Shown here one piece after another: positions 1 to 13,470 of a stretch of DNA of 64,000 bases (positions are counted from its first letter, which is position 1; the number at the start of each line of letters is the position of its first letter). This stretch comes from Octopus vulgaris. Taxonomy: Eukaryota. The translations under genes were made by a program, and so were the position numbers. The notes under the pieces are model-generated. The model was not told the origin of the DNA and searched no databases. It worked only from the letters and a program-made list of their open reading frames with translations. Location: contig OX597814.1 of assembly GCA_951406725.2 (NCBI GenBank), forward strand, positions 25,792,001 through 25,856,000, in the 5' to 3' direction.

Positions 1-446
1 TAGACACACACACACACACAGTTATTGCAAACGCACGCATTGAGATGGATACATGTCCTCTTTTCACGAGTGTTTCATTGCTTTCCAATCAATTATTAGT
101 AAAAAGTAAGGATGATTGACACGATGATTGACACGATACACAAAATTTAACCTAATGTAATATTGTTAATTTTCGCTACATCAAAATTTATTTTTTTTTT
201 AGTACTGCTTTGCGTGTGTATTTTTCGTTTTTCATGTATGCATGTGTGTACAGTATTTATGTGTATATCAACATGCACGTAATTATCTAGGTATGCATAT
301 GCATGTCAGAATGTGTGTATTTATGCTTCATTTATCAACAACGATTAAAATTTAGGAAACATTAAAACAAGCCTCGTTGGAACAGGGATTCCTCGGAAAC
401 AATGACGAATTTGTTTTAAACAGATAATGTGTGTTTATATGCATCA

Positions 447-645
<199 letters not shown>

Positions 646-1176
646 GTGAGAGAAAGAGAGAGAGAGAGGGAGATTGTTTTCTATTTACTCTGTTCAGATA
701 GCATGATGTTTTGTGCTTGACCTGAGGAAATTTTGAGCGTGAATCAGGAATCATTTCCATGTTTGTACAAGTGCTATAAGCAATTCGACAAAATAAATTT
801 TAAAGTTAGCTACTGTTGCGTACCTATTAAAATACATATAAAAACAAAAAAAACAAAATTATAGCAGAAAATAATTGGCACTCTAAAAGAACCTGAAATT
901 GAAATATTCTAAACAACGACTCTCTCATCAGTTGAATGTTTGAAGATACCATGCTGAAATAACAGCAAATAGTGGCAAGCAGTCTATGTAATGCTAGTTT
1001 GTTAGAAAAGATTCAGGAATGCCTGTCTAATTACTTCTGTGAAATGTAACAATTTTATTTAAGCATATCTTCATATCAACAACATAAGCAATAAACAGTC
1101 AGATGAAGGACTAAACGTTTGAAGCATGGATTGTCGAGAAAATATCCTGTGTTAACAAAATACACGAATACACGAA

Positions 1177-1539
1177 TCTCTCTATATATAAAAGGCAGTT
1201 TGTCTGTGTGTGTTTCTGTGTGTCTGTTAGGTTGTACCCTCACCCTGACCAAGGCTTTCAACCGATTCTGATGAAACTTGACACACACATAGCCCAATGT
1301 CATAATTCAAAACTAACGCAGCGAAAATTTTGAAAAGTTCCCCCAGTTCTGAAAAAAATCGATAAATTCGACATGGGGTCGAGAATCAGAAACACAAACC
1401 ACAGACTGTCTAGGAGACGCAACTCGACCTTTTTAACTAAAAAAAAAAAATTTACCATCATTTTTTGGCTATAACTCTCTAAAAATGCTTTATAGTTACT
1501 TCCCTTACAAACCCGAGCAACGCCGGGCGATACTGCTAG
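1177..1539 (+). mobile_element. Non-autonomous Helitron (5' type A)
   Basis: Starts A|TCTCTCTATATATAAAA. Ends with hairpin CCCGAGCAACGCCGGG then CTAG|T. A|T target, no TSD. Confidence 0.85.
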
Positions 1540-1731
1540 TTGGTTTCTAAATGCAAACACAGTAAGAAGTAGAGTCTAAATAACGGCATTACAGTATAAG
1601 GGCAAGTAAATTCGAGAAATTAAATCACTTTTCATACAAAACTATTGTTTCAAGCATAAGAATCTAACGAATGTCTAACAGTTTACCTTTCTCGCGTACA
1701 CAAAACAATTGTTGACTAATACCAAATATTA

Positions 1732-2131
1732 TCTTTATATATAAAAGTGAAGTTGTGTGAGTGTCTGTCTCCTACGATTTAGATTCCTAACTACTCCAAC
1801 ATTTTGCGGTGCAGTTTAACCAAAACCGGGTATCTTATAGTCGTGATTCATATCGAGCCCTTCTGGGTATTAGCGCGCGTCTACTATGAGTCTACGATTT
1901 TAAAAAAATTTACCATAATTTTTTTCCATTTTAATGCATTTTTTCGCTATTATATAAGGGAAGTAACTCTCTAAAAATGTCTACGATGAGTCAACGATTT
2001 TTAAAAAAATTTACCATAATTTTTTTTCCATTTTTAATGCATTTTTTGCTATTTTTTGGCTATAACTCTCTAAAAATGGTTATATAGTTATTTCCCTTAC
2101 AAATCCGAGCAACGCCGGGCGATACTGCTAG
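1732..2131 (+). mobile_element. Non-autonomous Helitron (5' type B)
   Basis: Starts A|TCTTTATATATAAAA and ends CCGAGCAACGCCGGGCGATACTGCTAG|T. Contains an internal ~100-bp tandem duplication. Shares its 3' end with 1177-1539. Confidence 0.88.
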
Positions 2132-2599
2132 TATTATATGAAATAAATAAGTGAATGCTTCCTTGATATACCAACATAAGTTGTTAGTGATTGGGCTCAG
2201 CCTACATAAACTAGAGTAGCGAAGGTGTCAAGTTTTCATTATTTGCGTAATACATATACTTATGCATATATATACGTATATACACATGCATACGTTATAC
2301 ATATGTGTACAGATATATGTGCTCCATATTCACAAAATGAAGCTTTAGTGCTATAAAAACCATAATTCTCACTCTTCAGTAACACTACTTTTTATTCAGC
2401 CAGAACGAAGCTGTTAGCAATGCAGCGGATACACGCACTCACACATACTTGCACATAAAGACAGACTATGATATACAAATATGCACGTACATTTAATAGA
2501 TTCATGTATACGTATACAGTATATGCATGTATACACGTATATATACACACTACGAAAAACACAAAAAGACGGTGTAAAATTATATGGCTTACAACTTGC

Positions 2600-3170
2600 T
2601 AAACACCAAGGCTGACAGTGGGAATAAATATTTTAGTGTCAATAGATAAAAACTTCTTCATAAACCAAAGATACAGAAAATGTTTCAATCGACACTACTC
2701 CTTCCAAACTAGAATTGGAATCCTCATAACAAGAACGCAGACAAGCAGCATCAAGGTTCTATGCAACTTCAAAGATCTAATCACATAATGCTCCCTAAAC
2801 GTGTCCTGCTACGCACGACTAGTAGTATACCAAGCTGACTTCAAAACTGAACCTGACTACTGAATAAAAATTGAATTTACACATGGCAGAAGGCAAATTA
2901 AAGCGACGATATAACAAACCAAATTGCTATCTTCAAATATACTAAAATGAAGAACGCCAGAAAACTGTCGAATCACATATGAAAATTTAAAGAAAGTAGT
3001 AAAAAAATTCACTGCAAAGCGAAGAATACATAAAAGGTCCAAACTGTTAAAAACTGGGAACGGTTACCTTTGCACGGCTAACAAGAGCATCATCCTCTTT
3101 GATACATGCACCTTACTTAAACCCAAGATCTGAAATTTTCAACAAATGCAGACACTTCGATAAATACAAC
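2600..3170 (+). pseudogene. Degenerate Penelope-like element GIY-YIG endonuclease region
   Basis: Manual translation across stops and frameshifts gives VVYQADF...LKRRY...KLSNHI*..LK...LNPRSEIFNKCRHFDKY, matching the PLE C-terminus pattern LNxRxExxxxCRH. Confidence 0.75.
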
Positions 3171-3837
3171 GATATGGAAGTCCACCAACGTATCTCTGCC
3201 GATACCACAAGGCCAGAAACAGAACAGCGTCATGCAAACTAGCACATAATACCACCGTCGAACATTTTCTATTCTTTCATTCTTTTTTCATTTTTCTCTT
3301 TTCCATTTTCATTTCTTCGTTGCTATTTTACTCACAACTTTCACACAATCACTATTTCTTCCTTTATATCTTCACCTGTCATTACTTTCACCAATCCCCT
3401 TCACACCTCACATGGAACTATGAAAAATGTCGCATCCACAATAAATACATAATTACACTGTCTATCTGTATGTATGTTTCTCTATGCACATACTTAAGAA
3501 CATCCGTATAAGTGTGTATATGTATCATACATACAGAAAACTGCATTTCTAAATGTGTGCTTTTTCGATCAAGTGGTGACAGACAGTCTATCACTATGCA
3601 TATAATTGTAATATCTTCTGCACTACTAACTGCTAGTAGTAGCCAACCTCGTTCTGGTCGAATAGAACTAACTCCTCTGAAGAGCAATGAAATCTGTTTA
3701 GACGCACAATTACTAGAGCTTACAAAACTATCAATATGATAATGAATAGTGAAGCCGAATGTATTTTTTCTAATATATTTCATACCCCACATTATATTGA
3801 GGGCTTTCAATTTTTAAACTAATGACACAGTACCTAT

Positions 3838-4095
3838 GTATATATGTACGTACGTACGTATGTATGTATGTATGTATGTATGTATGTATGTATGTATGTA
3901 TGTATGTATGTATGTATGTACGTATGTATGTATGTATGTAGGTAGGTAGGTAGGTAGGTAGATATAAATGTATATATATATATATGCATACATGTATATA
4001 TATAAACATACATTCACACATATACATATTTATTTGTGGATTTTCGACACTACCTTAGGTTTCATGCATTACATAAATACATAAATGTATGTATG

Positions 4096-4148
<53 letters not shown>

Positions 4149-4208
4149 CTTATATTCATATATATGTATATGTATATATATATAAATATAAATATATATA
4201 TATATTTA

Positions 4209-4250
<42 letters not shown>
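3838..4250. repeat. Compound microsatellite (TATG)n/(TAGG)n/(AT)n
   Basis: Directly visible tandem arrays. Confidence 0.95.
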
Positions 4251-4253
<3 letters not shown>

Positions 4254-4948
4254 ATTACTGAATTAGCACCACTTGTTTATAAGGCTTTCAGTAAATATTG
4301 TGTCTTATCTGAGGTAAAATATAAGTAAGACTTGGAAATCCACACATCATATTTAGGTCAAAGTGAAAACAACAAAGAAACAGTTCTCAATAAAAACATA
4401 GATAAAATGGAAGTAATAAACAAAAAATAAATAAATATCATCGCTAGAAAGAAAATAGCTAAGAAGGTGAAGAAATTCTACAGAAAAGTTTTCTACAGCT
4501 ATGAATGAACTTTCAATATTTTGAAAAAAATGTTAAAACCACGATATCAGACAAGAGTATAATAATTGATTGACAGCTATTGTCTAAATATCTATAACAT
4601 ATATCAAAATATTTTTTCTATAGTCTAAGCAAAGAAAAAAATTTGCCACATTTATATATTATCAAATCCAAGCCGGAATAACAAGAATAAATAGTATCCA
4701 GGAATTCTTTACTACAACTATATGTGCTCACCCCTGTGTAAATAATTACTCTATGACATAATTATTTTTATAAATTAGTAGAAAAATAGTTTTTCACAAA
4801 AATATAAGTATATATATATATATAGTTTTCCACAAAAATTTAAGTGTATATATATAACACAGAGAGAAAACAAGGACAGTGAGAATGCATGTATGTATAT
4901 ATAATAGACATATATATGTAAACTATATCTCTATCTATATATTTATAT

Positions 4949-4980
<32 letters not shown>

Positions 4981-6487
4981 ATACTGTAACACTATGTTCT
5001 GGTGGTTGAATGACAAGAAAAATACGCTTCTTCTGTGATACGAGAGGAAGTAATGTTTCTATGTTCAACTTCTTTTTGTTCTTTATCTAAATAATCTTGA
5101 TTGTTGGACCTGTGCTGATAACATCGACTAAATTAGATCAGTGAGTGTCCACTCTCTCAATGATCTAATTTGTAGGGGACTGTCTGGAATTTCTACAGGA
5201 GAAGAAATTGGAAACTATGAATTTCCCAATTAGATTAGTATCCGAAGTTTACTGGAGTTCATTACAACTCCATAATTCTGGTGACCTCTAACTTTATGTT
5301 ACTTTGTTTTCCGAATTTCTCAAATGAAGAAAGATTTAGCATCTTAGGTTCGAAGTTTCTACACTGAAATTCAAGCACCAAGAGCTAATTAAAGTTATAT
5401 GTTAAATATCAAGACTTCGATTGAACTGGTATATGTTAGCAAAGAATTTATAATGTAAGTCATGTATTCCGTGAAAAGAATTGGAATTCCTTGTTTCAAG
5501 ATTGTCTCTTCGTCTGACAAAAAGTCTTATTTTCACCTGGAACGACAGAATTCTCTTCTTTTTGCTGTATATGAGCTTATCAAAATCCGTGAACATCACT
5601 GTTAAATATCAAATAAATCTGGCTTTCCTTAATATATTGTTTACTGGTTTTTGATTTTTGTATCAATTAACCTGGTTCTCCAAGATTACTGCTTGAACAT
5701 ATGGTCACATAGGTATAGAAACTACTGACTGCTCTTAAGTGTCATTCTTTTGTCAAAATATATTTACAACTTAATTCAAATCTGCTACATTGGATGATTA
5801 ATCAAAGTATTTCCTAGCATGCATGATGTAGCCAAGAAATTTTATGAATTAAAATTATAACCCTTGCGAGGGGGCTCACTAACCAGGAGCCGTATGTCCT
5901 CCTGTGATACACTGCACATGTTAAAAGTCATGTGAAAAGGCTGGATACTGGAGTACAGTATAGTCTCTGAGGAGGTCACACAAATATAATTACCAGCTGT
6001 ATAATAAGTAGTTCATGATCCTTGATTATTTTCTGAAATAATTTCAAAACTACGCAAATAATGTACTACCTTGGTGCCAACATTAAGAACTAAAATACAA
6101 GAATAAAGATATAAATGTGAGTGTCCAACTAAAAGTTTCTCCTAATAGAAACTGTCCTCTCTTAGCATACCAAGTTTTGCGAGAATATATATCTATATAT
6201 GAAGACATCTATCTCTATGTATATGTATGTATCTACACATACACACGTACAATCATAATATACCTAATATACCTTGGGTAAGTAGATTCTACTATAGCCT
6301 CGGGTCGATCAAAGCGTTCAGAGTGAATTTGGTTGATGGAAACTGAAAGATGTCCGTCGTGTATATATATAATATAATATAATATAATATAATATGATAT
6401 AATATTTAATAAAGTATTATTGCCATTATAAAAAAAAAACATTAATAATAACGTGGCCAGCAATTCTAACCTATACAAGTAAAATAT

Positions 6488-6731
6488 ACAAATAAATTGG
6501 GGTACCAGAATACCACTTGCTAGAAATAGGAGTTAACACTCCAAAGCCACAAAATTCTCACTATGAAGAAACACGCAAGGTTCTTGCTTTGTGGTTTATA
6601 CAAGGTAAGGCCTATTTTTATTATATTCGTTACATTCGCTGCTCGTGTTTCTTGATGGTGAGAAATTTGTGGCTTTGGAGTGTTAACTCCTATTTCTAGC
6701 AAGTGGTATTCCGGTACTCTAATTTATTTGT
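6488..6731. repeat. Inverted repeat with ~88-bp arms and ~70-bp spacer
   Basis: ACAAATAAATTGGGGTACCAGAATACCACTTGCTAG...GAAACACG is mirrored at 6644-6731. Both strands give the same ORF start, MLEIGVNTPKPQ. Confidence 0.95.
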
Positions 6732-7025
6732 GCGTGTGTGTGTGTATTATTATAAAATAAGGCTAATCCCCATATAAAGGTTTATGATATTAAATAAATA
6801 GGTAATTAATTATTTAAGACGTTAAGTATATAAGTTTCTTTTAAGCATTACGTAGAATTATTGTCTGTAGTTTTTGTTCTTTAGATATCCAGAGACATCA
6901 TAAATTTTAGATTAATATACTCGTTTTCTACGTTAGTTTCTTTTTATCTTCTTATGTAGATTTCAAATTGTCGAAAAATATGGAATTAGTGTGGTCTTTT
7001 TTATACTCTATTTTTATAAATTAAA

Positions 7026-7394
7026 CTAGCAGTATCGCCCGGCGTTGTTCGGGTTTGTAAGGGAAATAACTATATAAGCATTTTTAGAGAGTTATAGCCA
7101 AAAAATAGCAAAAATCCATTAAAAATGGAAAAAAAATTATGGTAATTTTTTTTTAAATCGTTGACTCATCGTAGACATTTTTAGAGAGTTACTTCCCTTA
7201 TATAATAGCGAAAAAAGTGCATTAAAATGGGAAAGAATTATGGTAAATTATTTTAAAAATCGTAGACTCATCGTAGACGCGCGCTAATACCCAGAAGGGC
7301 TCGATATGAATCACGACTATAAGATACCCGGTTTTGGTTAAACTGCACCGCAAAATGTGGGAGTAGTTAGGAATCTTACTTTTATATATAAAGA
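7026..7394 (-). mobile_element. Non-autonomous Helitron, same family as 1732-2131
   Basis: Reverse-complement copy with TC start, hairpin and CTAG end. It lacks about 30 bp near the 5' end. Confidence 0.9.
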
Positions 7395-7631
7395 TTAGTT
7401 ATTCAATGACGTTGTCCTTGGTTGAATGAATGTCTAAAGTTAAATTTGGCTTGACGTTTCTTTTTGTTAGCGTTTTTTAACAGCTAAAACTTTTTCGGAT
7501 GCCCAGTTAAAATTTCACTAATTTAGATTATCTTGATAATGTTGTTTTGACGTAAATTTTCGTGTGTGTAGGTGTGAATATACAATAATATAAATAATAT
7601 ATAAATATATGCATATATACATACATATATA

Positions 7632-7700
<69 letters not shown>

Positions 7701-7861
7701 TACATACCTACATCTATATGTATATATACATGCATATATGGGTACAGGACATTAAAAAAAAACGTTGAACACAATGAAAAACGAAAATATAAAAACAAAA
7801 ACATGGAAACGAACTTTTTTTCAAACAACGAAAAAACAGAGTACAAGACATACAACACAAG

Positions 7862-8180
7862 GAATATTCCCCTTCTTCAGTTGTCCCTGCTTCGTTCCCG
7901 TAAAGCAAATTAAATAAAAAATTTCCATCGTCTTGGCTTAACAACACTCATCGTTTGTTTTTACTGTGTTATTCTCTTTGATCTGTCTTTTACTGTTTTT
8001 ACTTTTATTGTTTTTACTGTCTTGTTTTGTTCTTACTGTCCTGTTCTTGTTACCCTCCGCAAAAAATCCCAAATTTTATTTAATTTGCTTTGCGGAAATG
8101 ACTGTTTCAATAAATTTGCGTCTTGCCCTTACCTTCGAAACGCAGATAGACGAAACAGGGACAACTGAAGAAGGAGAATA
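7862..8180. repeat. Inverted pair of repeat termini (possibly PLE-type)
   Basis: CCTTCTTCAGTTGTCCCTG..AAAGCAAATTAAATAAAA at 7862-7925 is inverted at 8071-8180. GTTEEGE appears in ORFs on both strands. The left arm lacks about 50 bp. Confidence 0.7.
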
Positions 8181-8199
8181 ACAGTCAATGGATTGCAAG

Positions 8200-8560
8200 G
8201 GTACTAAAACATTTTTCTCTCGTATTAAAGAAGTGTATGGCCCACAATCTTCTTCAGCAGCACCTGTAAGAACTGCAGACAGTCAGCCAATCTTGACTAA
8301 TATTGTTTCCATCTAAAAACGTTATATAGAATACTTCTCAAAGCTCTTTAACAGGCCCTCTAGGTTAACACAAATATTGAATTAATGGAAAATTACCCTC
8401 TTGTCGATGACATGGCATCAAAACCAATCAGAAATGACATGGCTTCTATTGTATAAAAATCAAATAACAATAAATAATCTGACCTAGATGGTACTAATCG
8501 AGGCACTCAATCATAGATTTGAGAAAATAGTAGAACTTTTACACACAGTAAGCTTTCATT
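8200..8560 (+). pseudogene. RTE (BovB-like) LINE fragment, EN-RT linker region
   Basis: Translates KTFFSRIKEVYGPQSSSAAPVRTADSQPILTN...KRYIEYFSKLFNRPS. Confidence 0.75.
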
Positions 8561-8781
8561 GCTGGAGAAAGGAGGAGGTTTGTGCTATTTGGGTGTCGCT
8601 TTTCAAATTCAATGCCAAGGATTAATGTGGTCCAAAAATCACATTAGATTTCATGTGAGAACTGAACATCATGTAGAATGGGATGGTCAAGCTTTGTATT
8701 GTGCAGACAGCTGCCATGTTTGTATATATAATATATAATGTATGTGCATGTATGTGTATGCGCATGTATATATATATATAT

Positions 8782-8920
8782 CATCATCACCATCATTTAA
8801 CATCCGCTTTCCATGCTAGCATGGGTTGGACAATTTGACTGAACCAGATGGCTGCGCCCGCCAGGCTCCGATCTGATCTGACAGAGTTTCTACAGCTGGA
8901 TGCCCTTCCTAACGCCACAA
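8782..8920 (-). mobile_element. RTE-type 3' tail fragment
   Basis: (CAT)n followed by TTTAACATCCGCTTTCCATGCTAGCATGGGTTGGAC...GGATGCCCTTCCTAACGCC. Same tail as 49119-49950. Similar fragments lie near 9200, 14460, 47430 and 62200. Confidence 0.8.
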
Positions 8921-8927
8921 TGCCTTT

Positions 8928-8996
<69 letters not shown>

Positions 8997-9395
8997 ATTG
9001 ATGATGATAATAATGAGCAGATAGGGATAGATTACCCAAGCAGATATTGTACAAGCACTCAGTTACAATCCAGGTTCTGACTAAACAGAGTGAGTTGTAA
9101 GGAGCACCTAAGATTATTTAAGGTGAGCAATCCTACTGTAATTCACCTGATGAGCGTAGATAAACAGACAGATACACACATACATGCATATATACATACA
9201 TCATCATCATCATCATCGTTTAACGTCCACCTTCCATGCTAGCATGGGTGAAATGGTTTCAGAAAAGCCAGCCAGGCGGAAGCCTGCACCAGACTTCTGT
9301 GACTGTTTTGGAAGGATTTTTACTGTTGGATGCCCTTCGTAACACCAGCCACTCAGCACAGTGGACATATATATCATCTCACTTTTGTGCAGCTA

Positions 9396-9802
9396 GGTAC
9401 AGGAGTGGCTGTATGGTAAGTAGCTTGCTTACTAACCACATGGTTCTGGGTTCATTCCCACTGCATGGCACCTTGCACAAGTGTCTTCTACTGTAGCCTC
9501 AGGCTGACCAAAGCCTTGTGAGTGGATTTGGTAAATGGAAACTGAAAGAAGCCCATCGTATATATGTATATATATATATATGTGTGTGTGTTTGTGTGTC
9601 TTGTCTGTGTTTATTTCCCCAACATCGCTTGACAACCGATGGTGGTGTGTTTGCACCCCATAACTTAGTGGTTCGGCAAAAGGAACCGATATAATAAGTA
9701 CTAGGCTTACAAAGAATGAGTCCTGGGGTCGATTTGCTTGATAAAGCCGATGCTCCAGCATGGCCACAATCAAATGACTGAAACAAGTAAAATAGTAAAA
9801 GA
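9396..9802 (+). mobile_element. tRNA-derived SINE family 1
   Basis: Degenerate A box (TGGCTGTATGG) and B box (GGTTCATTCCC), internal AT/GT microsatellite, tail TGACTGAAACAAGTAAAA. Homologous copies occur elsewhere in the window. Confidence 0.85.
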
Positions 9803-10267
9803 GCTATTCCATAATTGCCACCAGGTGACATTCTGATTAGAAACTTGTACAGCAATCTTGAGCAGCTTTCTGTTCTTATATTTTCTATCATATAACATTG
9901 TTAATACCAACATATATTACTAATTCAACTGTTTGTTTCTTCAAATTTTCAGCTGCCTTAAATACTAAGATAGGTTTAAACTAAATGAGAAACAAAACTG
10001 CCCAGTTACTTTGCTTCATGTCATGTATGAAAATAATACTAATTTCTAGAACAAACAATCAAAATATTTTCTTTTGTAAATACAAAGATATACATCATCA
10101 TTTCTTACACCTATATTTCTATGTATGTATTACTGTCCATTTTCAACCTATATTTTGCAGCCTTTCTAAAATCATGTGATGCCTAAGTACACATATACAC
10201 ATACAAATACACACACACACATATATGTGTATATATATATATATATGTATGTGTGTGTATATGCGTG

Positions 10268-10318
<51 letters not shown>

Positions 10319-10319
10319 T

Positions 10320-10645
10320 TATTTAAAGAAAGATCTTTTTCAAAAAGTTAAGATTAAGAAAAACCTTTTCAGAGAGTAGAATGGTACTAACCTTTAGGAA
10401 GGAATTTCACAAATTGTATGTAAGCTTTAATAAACATGCAAGCACTTTCAGTTCTCAACATTATCAAGCATGTGTTATGACTATTGTATATAACACGTGC
10501 TTGATAATGTTGAGAATTGAAAGCACTGGCACATTTATTAAAGCCTACACACAATTTTGTGAAATTCCTTCCTAGAGATTAGTACCATTCTACTCTCTAT
10601 AATGTTTTTCTTAATCTTAACTTTTAAAAAAATCTTTCTCTAAAT
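10320..10645. repeat. Near-complete ~325-bp palindrome (foldback/MITE-like)
   Basis: Arms of about 160 bp (TATTTAAAGAAAGAT...TGTGTTAT and ATAACACG...ATCTTTCTCTAAATA) separated by a ~10-nt loop. Confidence 0.92.
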
Positions 10646-10726
10646 ATTATAACTGTATCCAGTAATTTCCTAAATATTCTAAATATATGTATACATACAC
10701 ATATATGTATGTATGTATATAAATAC

Positions 10727-10866
<140 letters not shown>

Positions 10867-11229
10867 TGGTGTACAAAACAAACGGATGTATTAGTATAAC
10901 TCTCAGGAATAGAAAAAGTCTTTTACGTTTTGAGCCTACGCTCTTCTACAGAAAGGGACACTGAAAAAACAAGGAGAGAAAAGGGGAAATGGTAGTGAAA
11001 AGTTGGCTCTGACATCTTCGAAGAAGACTGAAGAATGGAATATTTTGTAACTGCAAAAGCTATTGTTCAAATATGCAATGAGGTAATTGATGTGCTAAAA
11101 GGATTATAATATATAGATGAATGACTAAACAATGCATTCATCTCACTATTCTCATCTATACCATATGAAATATATAGGCTTGAAACAGCGTATTTTATTA
11201 CAATAGTTATTTTCACCAGCTTCACAGGG

Positions 11230-11687
11230 CAGCCCCAGCCCATCCAAAGTACCTTGGATTGCAGGACAGCCGGCTGTGCTTACCTTGGATCATAGGGTGA
11301 CCTCCTGTGCTTGAGGAGACCTATTTAGTCAAATACATAAACATCAAAATAAAAATCAAATGGAAATTGTAGTTGTGATACCCGTGCCGATGGCACATAA
11401 AAAGCACCATCCAAACGTGGTCGATGCCAGCGCTGCCTTGACTGACTTCCATGTCAGTAGCATGTAAAAAGCACCAACTGATCATGGCCGTTGCCAGCCT
11501 CCCCTGACCCCTCTGCCAGTGGCACATAAAAAGCATCCACTACACTCACGAAGTGGTTGGCGTTAGGAAGGGCATCCAGCTGTAGAAACACTGCCAGATC
11601 AGACTGGAGCCTCCTGGCTTCCCAGATCCCGGTCGAACTGTCCAACCTATGCTAGCATGGAAAACAGATGATAAATGATAAGGATGA
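11230..11687 (+). mobile_element. RTE-type 3' UTR element with tandem ~62-bp units
   Basis: Repeated GGCACATAAAAAGCACCA units, then GGCGTTAGGAAGGGCATCCAGC and a degenerate (GAT) tail. Confidence 0.8.
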
Positions 11688-11972
11688 CAGTGGTTCCCAA
11701 AGTGAGCAGTACTGTCCCCTTGGGGGCGGTGGAAAGATCCAGGGGTGTGGCATTGAAGAAAAGTAGGATGATAATGGGGTGACCAAAATGGGGTGATAGA
11801 TGTAAAAAAATATTAATAGGTTAATTAGGTTTAAGTTTTATTTATGAAATATAATTGTTTTGAATTTGCTGCAGAAAGTGGTCAACATTTGTGGTGGGGA
11901 GGGTGAGCAGGTGCTAGTAATGTGGCCTGGGTGCCAAGGAGACGACAGCCTGCAAAAGTTTGGGAACTACTG
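11688..11972. mobile_element. hAT-type MITE
   Basis: TIRs CAGTGGTTCCCAAA and TTTGGGAACTACTG. No clear 8-bp TSD remains. Confidence 0.7.
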
Positions 11973-12039
11973 TCCTAGGAGAAATGCAATTAGTGAAACT
12001 GAACTAAATCAAGTTTGAGAATAACTCATTTATGAAAAA

Positions 12040-13470
12040 GGTAAACTATTTTTCTGAGGTAATTTAAGTGGAAGAAGTATGTCCAAAAAAAAAACAAAAA
12101 TTGAGTTGTTGAATAATATTAATCTTTTTGCAAAGATAATCACAAAGAGTCAAAGACACAGACAATCTCTTGTGTCAGTCAAACAATACACCACAAGATA
12201 TTTTAGTGGTTTTTCTTTGATTTCCGATGAATCAACGGAAGTGTGACAATTTGTTGTTGCTGTTGTTCATTTGTGGAATTAATACTAACTTTGAAGTGAT
12301 AGAAGGATTTGCTTCAGCAAAAAATATGCTTAGACAAAGATTCTTTTGGAGAAGTGGAAAAAAAAAACATCGACTATGTACAATCTACTTTGAAAATGCC
12401 TAAAGTGTATCACAAAATATGTTGGTAAAGATATGTGAGAAAACGATTTGTTGGACAAATTCAACAAGGTTTGTGACAATATTGAATGCTCAAAGCCTTT
12501 AGTGATTCAATGCATCATTCACCAGCAGGTTCCGGCAGAGAAAATATTTAGATTTGTCACATGTCATAAAACCAGTCATATTAACAAGGAATTTTATTTG
12601 ATTGTATGTTCTCAATCCTTGTCAATTTCGAGCATTTGTGGAAGAAATAGAAGCCGAAAATAGTGATTCACTATACCATATTACTTTACGATAACTTAGC
12701 AGTGGCAAATTATTTCACAATATTTGGACTTTGGATGGAGATTGACGAAGTTTAATGAGAAAATTGTGCTCCACTGCAACTTGCAAATGGTGAATGATAG
12801 TGGAAATTGGCATTCTCAGCTGACTTAATGATGCATCTTAACATGTCCAGTTTGAGATTTCAATACAATAGTGAGCTTGTATGTGACATCTCTGCAGTGA
12901 AAGCTTTCCAACATAAATTGGTTCTTTTTCACAACGAGTTAATGATAACTAACTTCAACCACTTTCCCTGTTGTGAATATGCAACAAAGAAGCAAATTCT
13001 CTCCATTTCCTTTTGAATTCGTTCAAGACATTCTCACTAGTCTCCTGTCATTTATCTGCATTTTCCAAGGTCCCAATGAAAATGCCAAAGCATTAAAAAT
13101 CTTGCAAAATCCATTTGACTACATTATCATGGAACTTCCGTCAGATCTTCAACAGGAAGTCATTCTTTTGCAGTCAAATGACATGTTAAAAGACACATAC
13201 AAAAGAGAAAATTTTTACTTTGTAAATGCTTTCCATCTGAGGGATATGGATCTTTCAATTTTTTTATTTGGGCATTGGTTTCAAAGTTTGGTACAGCTCG
13301 GTTATGTGGAAAGGAATAAACATTTTCAAAGATGCAGTATATCAAATCTGTTAATGGATTAGCACTAATTGATTAGCACTTTCAGTTTTGATTCCAGGAA
13401 TTTGCATCACAATATTACAAAATTTTGTCCCCCACTCTAAAGATTTCATAATTCTCATTGATGAATAAAT
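12040..13470 (+). pseudogene. Degenerate hAT (SPIN/Charlie/GTF2IRD2-like) transposase
   Basis: Motifs LISDEST, CIIHQQ, LAFSADLMMHLN and ILQNPFD..LPSDLQQEVILLQSND, with many stops and frameshifts. Confidence 0.8.

Noticed and set aside
8130-8180. Hammerhead from CTGAAGA and GAAA motifs
   Set aside because: Motif order and stems do not give a valid hammerhead topology.
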